64,000 bases of DNA. It comes from an uncultured bacterium. GTDB lineage: Bacteria; Verrucomicrobiota; Verrucomicrobiia; Verrucomicrobiales; DEV007. Below, one piece after another: positions 1-9,087 of the stretch. Each line of letters starts with the position of its first letter. Within the stretch, counting starts at the first letter, position 1. The stretch is from the NCBI GenBank assembly GCA_963977015.1, contig CAXBMO010000001.1, forward strand, positions 384,001-448,000. The letters are read 5' to 3'. Made by a program: the position numbers and the translations under genes. The notes beneath the pieces are model-generated. The model saw nothing but the letters and a program-made list of their open reading frames with translations, did no database searches and had not been told where the DNA came from.

Positions 1-1431
1 CTGGTTCAGCCATGTTGAGACAAAGACGAGGTTGGTGGCGATTCCCACCATGCTCACCGTCGCGAAACAGATCACAAACCAGGCGATCGGGACGAGGAAA
101 CAATTGGCGAGCAAGGCAACAGGAGTGATCAGCCCGAAATACCACCAAATGAAGGGAAGCGAGCCCAGCCAGGCCGACGCGGAGATGGAGAAAATATCGG
201 CGACGCGGCGCCCTGAGTTGATTCCCAACCAGTGCCACGGCCCAATCAGCGTTGTCGGAATAAACGGATCCGGATCGATGATTCGGTGAAGCTGCTCGCG
301 GAGAAAGGGGCCGATCAACCCAATCGAAACCAGCACGCAGAAGGACAGTTGAAAGCCAACCGCAAACAGCTGTCTCGTATCGAAGAGGAAGAGCAATAGT
401 GCGGCAAACCCGAGGCTGTTGAGCAGGCGGGGCTTTCGGCGAAACCAGAATCCCGCCAGAAAGATCGTCGTCATCAACGCCGCACGAATTGCCGATGGAC
501 GAAGGCCGGTGATAAAGGCATAACCGAGAACGCAGACAATGATCACGGCGATCGCGAAGCGTCGCGGCACTTTGATCGCCTGTAAAAGCATCCAAATCAC
601 CATTCCGAAGATGCCGACATGCAATCCGCTAACCGCAAATATGTGCAGCGATCCACTGAGCCGAAATGGTTCCTCCGCCTCTGGGCTGGCTTCATTTCGC
701 GCCCCCAGAACCATTGCCTTGAGAATTCCCGCTTGAGGGAGATTTTCGGGAAGCCCCTTGGTGATGGCGTTTCCAACCCAGCGTCGAGCCATCAGTGCCT
801 GGTGAAAAATGCGATGCCATGGAGACTGCCCAATCACCTCAATTCGGTGATGGCTGGAGAGCCGGAGCTCGGCAACCACTCCGTTTGTGTTTCGGGCATA
901 GTCCTTTCGTGAAAACTCGCCGGGATTCCGAGGGCTCGCAATTTGGGTCAACAACCCGTCCGCTTTCACGATATCGCCTTGGCGAAACGAATCTGACGCC
1001 CAAATGCGAATGCGATCCCGGGTGAAAAACTGCGTCCCGCCCCGGCTTAACTCATTCAAGCGAATCGTGAGGAGCGCCCGATCACTCGTCCTCGCCTGAA
1101 TCGGTTGTTCGACCACGGTTCCCAGGACCGAGACGGGGATGGAATCGTGTGGTTCACGTCCGCTCCAGATCGATTCCACGTGGCTGGTATCGAGCTGCTG
1201 AATTCGGTGGAGCCCCCCAAAACCGAGGAGAATGACGACGAGCAGCAGCGGCAAAAGCTTTGGCCGCCAGACTACTGCGGCAATTCCTGCCAGTGCCGGT
1301 ATCCACCAAGCCCAGGCCAGGAGAGGGAATTGATGGGCCAGGCTGATCCCCAAAACCGCAGCAAGCGCCGCAAAGAACAACGGATCTTTGGACAGTGCCG
1401 ATCGGAATTGACGAGAGACGAAGGCAACCAT
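1..1431 (-). CDS. comEC: ComEC/Rec2 family competence protein (3' end runs off the window)
   Basis: Absent from the ORF track because its stop is outside the window. Hand translation from ATG 1431 gives MVAFVSRQF..., N-terminal TM helices, PRNPGEF, AMVLG, SGSLHIFAVSGLHV, ITGLRPSAIRA and GFQLSF, which are ComEC competence-domain motifs. Confidence 0.9.
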   Translation of the reverse strand, partial: MVAFVSRQFRSALSKDPLFFAALAAVLGISLAHQFPLLAWAWWIPALAGIAAVVWRPKLLPLLLVVILLGFGGLHRIQQLDTSHVESIWSGREPHDSIPVSVLGTVVEQPIQARTSDRALLTIRLNELSRGGTQFFTRDRIRIWASDSFRQGDIVKADGLLTQIASPRNPGEFSRKDYARNTNGVVAELRLSSHHRIEVIGQSPWHRIFHQALMARRWVGNAITKGLPENLPQAGILKAMVLGARNEASPEAEEPFRLSGSLHIFAVSGLHVGIFGMVIWMLLQAIKVPRRFAIAVIIVCVLGYAFITGLRPSAIRAALMTTIFLAGFWFRRKPRLLNSLGFAALLLFLFDTRQLFAVGFQLSFCVLVSIGLIGPFLREQLHRIIDPDPFIPTTLIGPWHWLGINSGRRVADIFSISASAWLGSLPFIWWYFGLITPVALLANCFLVPIAWFVICFATVSMVGIATNLVFVSTWLNQ

Positions 1432-1608
1432 GAGAGACGAGAGCCACGCGAGATTAGGGAGAAAGTTGGACCCTGGCAAACGGGAAAACAGAAAGCTCAA
1501 TCGTGTGACTTGACGAAACCAAGACTTGCGCGATAATCTTCGCCCTGCTCACGCTCATAAGCGCGAAACGGGGGTGGTTAAGAGACCCCAAAAATGAGGA
1601 TTTCTTAA

Positions 1609-1637
1609 TTGATCACCACTTGTTTCCAGTCTACATC
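1609..1637 (+). promoter_or_regulatory. possible sigma70 promoter of tRNA-Gly
   Basis: TTGATC-17 nt-TACATC, followed by GC-rich TGGGCGC just before the tRNA. The -10 is imperfect. Confidence 0.35.
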
Positions 1638-1646
1638 TGGGCGCAT

Positions 1647-1720
1647 GCGGGTATAGCTTAACGGTAAAGCCCCAGCCTTCCAAGCTGGTTATGTCGGTTC
1701 GATTCCGTCTACCCGCTCCA
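1647..1720 (+). tRNA. tRNA-Gly (anticodon TCC)
   Basis: Acceptor stem GCGGGTA/TACCCGC, anticodon arm CCAGC-CTTCCAA-GCTGG, T-loop TTCGATT, encoded CCA end, 74 nt. Confidence 0.97.
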
Positions 1721-1741
1721 TTTTCACCCCGCGCCCCCAGA

Positions 1742-3400
1742 GTGTTGTTGAACGGATTTCCCAAAGATGGCTTGCTGCGTCTACTGATCATTGTTGCGGC
1801 ACTTTTCCAGCTTTGTGCATTTGCCGAACCGGCTCAAAACGATGACGTTGAATCGAAAGTCGCTGCGGCAATCCTCCAGTTGATCGCCCGGGGAGACGCG
1901 GAGCCAAGTGACGTCGGTATCTTGGTCGAAGACTTCATCATTGAGGACCCAAGCACTGCGCCCGGGGCTGTTCGAGGTGCGTTGGAATTACTCAAAGACT
2001 ACCCGGACGTGATCCAACGAGTGGTTCAGGGGGCCGTCGAGTTGGCTCCTGAGGAGGCAGAGAAAATTGTGGCAGTCTCGATTGAGGTTGCTGGTGATCA
2101 GGAAACGGTCATTAGGAAAAGTGCGGCCGATGCATTGGTTCCTCAGAAATCCGAGAGCGAACGAACTCCATTCGTCGAGGTCAGCAGTTTTGAGCCGGAA
2201 ACCGACCAGATTGATGAGGAGGCGCCTCTTCCGAAGTCGAAACCCAGTTTCGGAGCCCTTTTGGATCAACGGTTGACGGAATTCGCGGAAGCTGGAAGCG
2301 CAGTGATGGCTCCGGAATCAACGTCTCAGCCCAATTTGAAAGTCGAAGTTCAATCGGGCTACGACAGTAATCCAACGACGAGCGCGGACGGCGATGGTTC
2401 CGCCTCCGTGACGGGAAGAATGGGTGTTTCGCGAAATTGGGAAGGGCGCTCGATTCAGGTAGAGAGTGAAATCAGCGGCGGAGTGACGCATTTTTTTGAT
2501 GGGCAACCCAACCTGGACGGAACCTACTACGAAGCTTCATCTCGGCTGTTTGCCCAATACGCGGTGTCAGACCGGGTTTCTGTTTCGAACCAGTTTCAGT
2601 TCGAGCTCGATCACGAAGCCGATTTGTTGGGCGGGGTTGCGACCGCCCGTCGAGTTGGGCAATATCGACACCTCTACAATCGGGTTGCGATAGCGCTTCA
2701 GGCTTCAGATTCCGTCAGCGGGAGCCTTTCCTACGGGATCGGCAATATCGCTTTTGAAGAAGAGCCTCTCGCGAACAGTGAAGACCGCTTTTCCCACATC
2801 ATTGGTGCGATGGTGACAAAGCAGATTGGCTCAAAATCAGCCGTTTCAAACTCCTACCGATATTCGCTTACGAACTACGATTCAGCGGATCGGGATTATC
2901 GCAGCCACCTCGTCCTTTTGGGCGTTGATCACCAATTTACGCCTCATCTCTGGGGGAATCTGGGTGTTGGTGCGGAAATGCGGAGCTATCAGAACCCGCT
3001 GATTGGCCGGCAATCGCTCCCGTTTGTGGAGTCGAACCTGATTTTTCTTCGAAATTCAGCCGTTCAGCTCCGAATCTTTAATCGATTTGGACTCGATGAT
3101 CGCGAATTGGCGCTGCTTGGGTTCCAGACACGGCAAAGTTTTCGTTCCGGTGTCGAGATGGTCTTGGAGTTGTCTCCGAAAACCACGGTGACGACCGGAG
3201 TCGAGGTTCTACGCAGTGAGTTTGAGGGTGAATCAGAGTTGCACGAAGACGCCGTGCTCGCCGCAATCACCGGTCGCTATCAAGTGGGCGCCAACTTGTT
3301 CCTGGCCGCCGGCTATACCTTCACTTCAGCGATGTCCGATCAAGATGATCGAGACTTTGATCGCCATCGAGTCTGGACCGGCATCACCGGGGCTTTCTAG
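1742..3400 (+). CDS. outer-membrane beta-barrel protein with N-terminal helical and acidic region
   Basis: Signal-peptide-like LLRLLIIVAALFQLCAFA. From GYDSNP onward there are alternating amphipathic beta-strands ending in a terminal Phe (VWTGITGAF). The track start at 1691 lies inside the tRNA, so GTG 1742 or TTG 1772 is more likely. Confidence 0.7.
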   Translation: MLLNGFPKDGLLRLLIIVAALFQLCAFAEPAQNDDVESKVAAAILQLIARGDAEPSDVGILVEDFIIEDPSTAPGAVRGALELLKDYPDVIQRVVQGAVELAPEEAEKIVAVSIEVAGDQETVIRKSAADALVPQKSESERTPFVEVSSFEPETDQIDEEAPLPKSKPSFGALLDQRLTEFAEAGSAVMAPESTSQPNLKVEVQSGYDSNPTTSADGDGSASVTGRMGVSRNWEGRSIQVESEISGGVTHFFDGQPNLDGTYYEASSRLFAQYAVSDRVSVSNQFQFELDHEADLLGGVATARRVGQYRHLYNRVAIALQASDSVSGSLSYGIGNIAFEEEPLANSEDRFSHIIGAMVTKQIGSKSAVSNSYRYSLTNYDSADRDYRSHLVLLGVDHQFTPHLWGNLGVGAEMRSYQNPLIGRQSLPFVESNLIFLRNSAVQLRIFNRFGLDDRELALLGFQTRQSFRSGVEMVLELSPKTTVTTGVEVLRSEFEGESELHEDAVLAAITGRYQVGANLFLAAGYTFTSAMSDQDDRDFDRHRVWTGITGAF

Positions 3401-3412
3401 GATACAATCTAC

Positions 3413-3706
3413 CTAGCTTGCAACCTGGTAGTGCTGCAGGTAGATGTCCGTGTTCAGGTCGAGCTTGGTTTTGATCTTGGAAATCGTCGTCGGAGCAGCT
3501 TCAAAGTAGTAGTTTACGTAGTAACCACTCGCTTGCTTGCGGGCGTTATAGGCAAATTCCTTTTTTCCGAGCTGGTCGATGCGGTCCATTTTAGCGCCTT
3601 CGCCTTCCATCTCTTTTTCGACGGTCTTGACCAGTTTCTCGATGCCATCTTCGCCTTGGATGTTCAGCACGATTACGGCTTCGTATTTTTTCTTTTCGTC
3701 ACTCAT
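3413..3706 (-). CDS. rpsF: 30S ribosomal protein S6
   Basis: KYEAVIVL...LGKKEFAY...GYYVNYYF pattern, 97 aa, 8-nt overlap with the pth stop. Confidence 0.93.
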   Translation of the reverse strand: MSDEKKKYEAVIVLNIQGEDGIEKLVKTVEKEMEGEGAKMDRIDQLGKKEFAYNARKQASGYYVNYYFEAAPTTISKIKTKLDLNTDIYLQHYQVAS

Positions 3707-4376
3707 CGCAGTTAGGTTCCGGGGAAGTGGTTTCAGCAGAGCTAGATTCCTCAGCTTCTTCCTTCGGTTTGGTTCGTTGTTTTTTCTTGGATTTGGGTTT
3801 GCGGTTAAACTGATTCATTGCGGTATCGAGACCGCGATCGAGCGCACATTCTAGGGCGCTCTGAGCTTCTTGCAGCGTTTTTTCCAGGATTTCCTGCTCG
3901 CAGGTTTCGAACTTTCCCAGAACGTGGCCAATCATCTTTTTCGCGCCCTCGCTACGTCCAATTCCGACCTTGAGCCGGGGGAACGCCTGGGTTCCCAGAT
4001 GGCTGATGATTGACTTGATTCCATTGTGACCTCCGGCGGATCCATCTGCGCGAAACCGGAGGCTGCCCAAGGGCAAATCAACATCATCAGACACCACGAT
4101 GACTTGATCCGGGGATAACTGATAAAATTTGGAAACGGCTGCGACGGCTTTGCCGCTTTCGTTCATGAACGTTTGAGGCTTGAGAAAGAAGACGTCGCCA
4201 GACCTGAAAATCTGGGTGCTCCACTTCTTCTCTTCGGCCCAGGATTCACCAAGTTGATTCGCCATGCGATCAAGCAGCATGAATCCCACGTTGTGCCGCG
4301 TCTCCAGATACTTTCGACCTGGGTTGCCCAAGCCAGCAACGAGTCGAATTTTCGACGACTCGTCAGAGTTACTCAC
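3699..4376 (-). CDS. pth: peptidyl-tRNA hydrolase
   Basis: GLGNPG, TRHNVGF, KPQTFMNESG, GSAGGHNGIKS. GTG 4376 overlaps the rplY stop by 8 nt. Confidence 0.96.
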   Translation of the reverse strand: MSNSDESSKIRLVAGLGNPGRKYLETRHNVGFMLLDRMANQLGESWAEEKKWSTQIFRSGDVFFLKPQTFMNESGKAVAAVSKFYQLSPDQVIVVSDDVDLPLGSLRFRADGSAGGHNGIKSIISHLGTQAFPRLKVGIGRSEGAKKMIGHVLGKFETCEQEILEKTLQEAQSALECALDRGLDTAMNQFNRKPKSKKKQRTKPKEEAEESSSAETTSPEPNCDE

Positions 4377-5001
4377 CTGCTTCTGCGGCTGCTTCAGCCT
4401 CGCTTCCGCCGCCACCTGCAGCTTCAGCTTTCGCGGTCCGCGTCTCAGTCACCAGTGCGATGACGACCTGGCTTCCAACCGTTGGCGTAACGCCTTCAGG
4501 GAACTGCACATCTCCAACGTGGAGAGCTTGGCCCAGCTTGAGATGTTCGACATTGAAATCAAGTCTCTCAGGCAAATTCTTGGGAAGGCAGTTTACCTCC
4601 AGGGAGTGAATCTGATGCTCGAGCAATCCACCCATTTTCACCCCAGCTGGCTCGCCGTGGAGGTGAAGTGGAAGCAGCGCGCGAATTTCTTCGTCTTCCC
4701 GAACGGCTTGAAAATCGACGTGAGTGACAGCTCCGGAAAGAACGTGGTGCTGAACCGCTTGAATCAGAACCAACTTGTTTTTCTCTTTCGCTCCCTCAAC
4801 AACGAGGTCGACGAGAACGTTCTCACTCTCGGCGCTATGCAGGAGATCAGTGATTTCCTTCTCTTGGACTTGAACGGGATAGGTGCGCTGGCCCCCTCCG
4901 TAAATTACGCCGGGGACGATTCCCTGACGACGTAGTTTTTTGGCGACGCCGGTGCCGGTCTGTTCGCGCATTTCAGTCTGGAGTTGAAACTTCTGAGCCA
5001 T
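4369..5001 (-). CDS. rplY: 50S ribosomal protein L25/Ctc
   Basis: LRRQGIVPGVIYG, HVDF, GVKMGG; canonical prs-rplY-pth order. Confidence 0.96.
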   Translation of the reverse strand: MAQKFQLQTEMREQTGTGVAKKLRRQGIVPGVIYGGGQRTYPVQVQEKEITDLLHSAESENVLVDLVVEGAKEKNKLVLIQAVQHHVLSGAVTHVDFQAVREDEEIRALLPLHLHGEPAGVKMGGLLEHQIHSLEVNCLPKNLPERLDFNVEHLKLGQALHVGDVQFPEGVTPTVGSQVVIALVTETRTAKAEAAGGGGSEAEAAAEAGE

Positions 5002-5080
5002 GATAGTTCGCTGTAAAAATAGGGCCTTGGGAGGCTGAAATTTCGTCCTTTAGGGAATTCCATCGGGACGAAGGGCGCGC

Positions 5081-5109
5081 ATACTAAGCGTCGAATTTTC
5101 AAATGTCAA
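5081..5109 (-). promoter_or_regulatory. sigma70 promoter for rplY-pth-rpsF with GC-rich discriminator
   Basis: Minus strand reads TTGACA (5109-5104), 17 nt, TAGTAT (5086-5081), then GCGCGCCC. Confidence 0.75.
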
Positions 5110-6046
5110 AAAGAGAACTCACTGAGCGTCGATCATGAATTCGACCGATGCCTTCGCCCAGCAATCCGGCGACGCTGACGACCGTGACTTTCTCGCCCAA
5201 TGCGAACGGTGTACTGTCCGTGCAAATCAGTTCGGAGACCTCGGAATTCTCCAGCCGCTGGCGTCCAAGATCGTTGAGAACTGCGTGGGAAACGGCCGCG
5301 CGAACGGACTTGGCGCCGTTTTGCATCAGCAACTTGGCGGCTTCATCAATCGTGCCGAACGATTCCGTGAGATCATCAATGATGAGCGCGTCGAGCCCCT
5401 TCACGTCCCCGATCAAATCGACGGCTTCCACTTCCGTCGCGCTGACACGGCGCTTCCCGACAATTGCCATCGGAACTTCCAGCGCACGAGCGTAGGCCTG
5501 CGTCATCTTCATGTTCCCGACATCCGGGGAAACGATGACCGAATTGTTCGAGCCAATCCCCATTTTCTTGAAATGCTTCACCAAGGTCGGCATCGCATAC
5601 AGATGATCGACGGGAATGTCGAAGAAACCCTGAATCTGGCCAGCGTGAAGATCCATCGTCAATACGCGGCTGACTCCGGATGCAACCAGCAGATTCGCGA
5701 CCAGCTTTGCGGTAATTGGAACCCGGGGCTGGTCTTTCCGATCCTGGCGCGCATAACCGAAAAACGGGATGACGGCAGTGATACGCTCGGCACTTGCTCG
5801 CCGGGCTGCATCCACCATGATGAAGAGTTCCATCAGGTGATGGTTGGTCGGCGGCGACGTCGCCTGAAAGATGAAGACATCCATTCCGCGGATGTTCTCG
5901 TTAATCTTCACGAAGGTCTCGCCATCAGGGAACGTCGTAACTAAGGCGTCCGTGCGTTGAATTCCCAGATGTTCGCAGACCCCATCGCAGAGTTTTATGT
6001 GGGAAGAGCCACTAAGGATCTTAAGGGTAGAGCGATTGGAATCCAT
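5099..6046 (-). CDS. prs: ribose-phosphate pyrophosphokinase
   Basis: FPDGE, PFFGYARQDRK, DLHAGQIQGFFDIPVD, VSPDVG. Start taken at ATG 6046 (MDSNRS). Confidence 0.96.
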   Translation of the reverse strand: MDSNRSTLKILSGSSHIKLCDGVCEHLGIQRTDALVTTFPDGETFVKINENIRGMDVFIFQATSPPTNHHLMELFIMVDAARRASAERITAVIPFFGYARQDRKDQPRVPITAKLVANLLVASGVSRVLTMDLHAGQIQGFFDIPVDHLYAMPTLVKHFKKMGIGSNNSVIVSPDVGNMKMTQAYARALEVPMAIVGKRRVSATEVEAVDLIGDVKGLDALIIDDLTESFGTIDEAAKLLMQNGAKSVRAAVSHAVLNDLGRQRLENSEVSELICTDSTPFALGEKVTVVSVAGLLGEGIGRIHDRRSVSSLFDI

Positions 6047-6212
6047 CAAGGTAGGCTGTCGGCGTTTTTGAGCCGATCTTCGGACCGATAGGGAGATTGG
6101 TAGGTGGCGCAAGGGAAAGGTTGATGAGATAGCGATCGCCTTGGAGATCAACAATCCAGCATCTGGCTTGTTTCCGATTCTTTTTCCTGCCACAGTTCGG
6201 CGAGCCAAATCG

Positions 6213-8618
6213 ATGATTCTTGCCAATACCCTCTACTTCCCGGAAATCGCCGATGGTTGGCGATGGGGACTCGTTGCGGGGGCGGTTGGTCTGCTTTTTC
6301 TGTTGTGGCTGGGGTATCGCAACCAGCAGTTGTCGACGGGAGTCAAATGGGCGTGTGCCTCGATCAAGTTCCTCGCGGTCACGCTCTTGTTGTTCATGTT
6401 GTTGGAGCCGATGTGGACGGGACAAACCGCCAAACCTGGTTCCAACGATTTTCTGCTGGTGGTTGATAACGGCGAAGGAATGCAAATTCACGATGGGGAA
6501 GAACTCGTCCGGGAACTTCAGATTGCGGCAGCCGAGCCAACTTCGTGGATTGGCCGGTTGGACGAACTTTTTCGCCTGGAGTCTTTCTCCTTCGACACCC
6601 GACTCCGCAAAGCAACGGGATTCGAGGATGTGGACCTCATGGGACAGCGGTCGGACCTCGTTCATGCCATCGAAAGTTTGGGCCTGCGCTATGCTAAACG
6701 CCCCCTCGCCGGAATCCTTCTGTTTTCGGATGGCAATGCAACCGACGCGGAAAATCTGGAATCGCTCGATCTGGACGTGCCGATCTTCCCGGTAGTGGTC
6801 GAAAGTGAAAAGGCGCTTCGAGACGCCGCGATCGGTTCCGTGGGCGTGACCCAAAGTGCCTTTGAGGATGCCCCGGTGTCAGTCGCTGCAACCGCAAGGG
6901 TGTTCGGGATGAAGGGGACGTCGATCGCGCTGACGATTTCTGATCGGGAAGGCAAAGAGATGCTTCGTGAGACTCACACCGTCGCGAGTGAAGAAGAAAG
7001 CCATCCGTTTCGGGGACGGTTTCGTCCGGCCAAACCCGGGATTTCGTTCTACAAGGTCGCGGTTCAGGATGCTGCGAATGCTGGAAATCCGAAACTCAAT
7101 ACTGCCGATTCGGCCGGTAAATCTTCCAAGGTCAGTGAAACCACATTGCGAAACAATACCCAATTCGTGGCGATCGATCGCGGCGAAGGCCCATACCGAA
7201 TTCTCTATCTGACAGGCCGCCCCAATTGGGAATACAAGTTCCTGCGACGAGCGCTCGAGCCTGACGATGAGCTGGACCTGGTCGGCTTGATTCGCGTTGC
7301 GAAACGGGAACCGAAATTCGAATGGCGCGGTCGAAAAGGGGAGTCGACCAATCCGCTTTTCCGGGGCTTTCAAAGCAATCGCACCGAAGAAGAGAAGTCC
7401 TATGATCAACCCGTCTTGATTCGCCTGGATACCAAGGATCGGGCGGAACTGCGTAATGGATTTCCCAAAGAGCGCGAAGAGCTGTTCAGCAACTACGATT
7501 GCATCGTGATCGATGATTTGGAGGCGGACTTCTTCACGGAAGATCAACAATTGCTCGTCGAGAAGTTCGTTTCGCTACGTGGCGGATCGCTCTTCATGCT
7601 CGGCGGTCAGGAGTCGTTGCAGTGGGGCGACTACAATCTCAAGCCGATTGGGCAAATGCTGCCGGTTTATCTCGATCAAATCTCGAGAACCCAGGTTTCC
7701 GGAAACGCGACGCTCAAGTTGACCCGGGAAGGATGGCTTGAGCCTTGGGCGCGCTTGCGATTGACCGAGGAAGAGGAGGAAATCCGGTTTGCGCACATGC
7801 CGGTTTTTCAGGCGCTCAATGAGTTGAAAGCGATCAAGCCCGGAGCCAGCCCGGTCCTGACCGCGATCGATGAAAACAAGCGCGAGTATCCTGCCTTGGT
7901 CGCGCACCGGTTTGGCGAAGGAAGAGTTGCCGTGATGACGATCGCCGATCTCTGGCGATGGGGAATGACCGATGAGTCGCTGCACGAGGATATGGACAAA
8001 TGGTGGCGGCAACTCGTCCGTTGGCTGGTGGTCGATGTTCCCGAATTCATTGAGGTGAAGACGGAATGGGAAGACGCGGGAGGGATTGCGAAACGAAAAA
8101 TCGAAGTTCGGATTCGCAACGGAGAGTTTCGTCCGGAAGAGAATGCAACGGTGGAACTCCAGATCACCAATGTCGCATTTGGGGAAGGCGATCCCGATGC
8201 CGAAAAGGCCGAGCCCAAAAAGCTCTTTGCCGAGCCGAGCCTGGAGGAACCAGGGTTGTTCGTCGCCGAGTTCGTATGCGCCAAGGCTGGGGCCTATCAC
8301 GTCAAGGCGATCGTCGATGATGCGGAAGGTGTCCGGCTCGGAAACGCGGAGGCGGGTTGGGCCTGGAATCCCGCCGCTGAAGAATTTGCGCACCTCCAGG
8401 CGAATCGAGCCTTTCTCACGGAACTCGCGGAGAAGTCAGGCGGGCGCGTGCTGGCGAAGTCAGAACTCGATGGATTTGTGAAAACGCTGCCGGAAATGGA
8501 AGTTCCCCTCACTGAAACCTGGGCGCGCCCGCTCTGGCACCAGCCCTGGGTTTTTCTCCTCGTGATTCTGCTTTTTTCGGGCGAATGGGCGTTGAGACGC
8601 TGGAAAGGACTGACCTGA
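6213..8618 (+). CDS. large membrane-anchored protein with vWA-like and glutamine-amidotransferase-like domains
   Basis: Two N-terminal TM helices, LLVVDNGEGM and LLFSDG (vWA-like), GRPNWEYKFLRRAL, GGSLFMLGG, C-terminal TM ending EWALRRWKGL. Confidence 0.65.
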   Translation: MILANTLYFPEIADGWRWGLVAGAVGLLFLLWLGYRNQQLSTGVKWACASIKFLAVTLLLFMLLEPMWTGQTAKPGSNDFLLVVDNGEGMQIHDGEELVRELQIAAAEPTSWIGRLDELFRLESFSFDTRLRKATGFEDVDLMGQRSDLVHAIESLGLRYAKRPLAGILLFSDGNATDAENLESLDLDVPIFPVVVESEKALRDAAIGSVGVTQSAFEDAPVSVAATARVFGMKGTSIALTISDREGKEMLRETHTVASEEESHPFRGRFRPAKPGISFYKVAVQDAANAGNPKLNTADSAGKSSKVSETTLRNNTQFVAIDRGEGPYRILYLTGRPNWEYKFLRRALEPDDELDLVGLIRVAKREPKFEWRGRKGESTNPLFRGFQSNRTEEEKSYDQPVLIRLDTKDRAELRNGFPKEREELFSNYDCIVIDDLEADFFTEDQQLLVEKFVSLRGGSLFMLGGQESLQWGDYNLKPIGQMLPVYLDQISRTQVSGNATLKLTREGWLEPWARLRLTEEEEEIRFAHMPVFQALNELKAIKPGASPVLTAIDENKREYPALVAHRFGEGRVAVMTIADLWRWGMTDESLHEDMDKWWRQLVRWLVVDVPEFIEVKTEWEDAGGIAKRKIEVRIRNGEFRPEENATVELQITNVAFGEGDPDAEKAEPKKLFAEPSLEEPGLFVAEFVCAKAGAYHVKAIVDDAEGVRLGNAEAGWAWNPAAEEFAHLQANRAFLTELAEKSGGRVLAKSELDGFVKTLPEMEVPLTETWARPLWHQPWVFLLVILLFSGEWALRRWKGLT

Positions 8619-8682
8619 CCATGAGGGCGCGATTAAAAATGAGGAACAACTTGCGCGTCCCGTCATCACTTTCAAACGCTCC

Positions 8683-9069
8683 CTAAAGCTGGCCGGAGAG
8701 CCGCTCTTCAATGCATTGAATCAAGACATCAAGATCGACCGGCTTGGCCAGCATGACTTCCTTGTCGCTCTCAACGACTTGTCCGGAGCCGGTGTCCGAC
8801 TTCGAAACCAGGGCGGTCAGCATGATCACCGGAACGGATTTCAGGGCGCGATCGGCTTTCAATTCAGCGAGAACATCACCGCCGTCTTTTCCCGGCATAA
8901 TGACATCGAGGATAATCAGGTGAGGGAGAAACTCTCGTGCCGTTTTAAGTGCATGGATCGATTGGTTTTCGACCATGACTTCATACTTTTCAGTGTCCTC
9001 AAGGTTGAGGCGTACTGCCATGGTTAGGGCAGCATCGTCATCGACGATGAGAATGCGTTTCTTAGTCAT
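8683..9069 (-). CDS. single-domain response regulator (CheY-like)
   Basis: ILIVDDD, LDVIMP, MLTA, KP receiver motifs. Confidence 0.92.
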   Translation of the reverse strand: MTKKRILIVDDDAALTMAVRLNLEDTEKYEVMVENQSIHALKTAREFLPHLIILDVIMPGKDGGDVLAELKADRALKSVPVIMLTALVSKSDTGSGQVVESDKEVMLAKPVDLDVLIQCIEERLSGQL

Positions 9070-9087
9070 AGTTTTAGAGTTGGGGGG

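Noticed and set aside
1647-1720. tRNA-Gly as integration site of a genomic island
   Set aside because: No integrase nearby, and no duplicate of the tRNA 3' end was seen by eye.
1691-1741. ORF-track start of the beta-barrel gene
   Set aside because: It lies inside tRNA-Gly. A later GTG or TTG gives a normal signal peptide.
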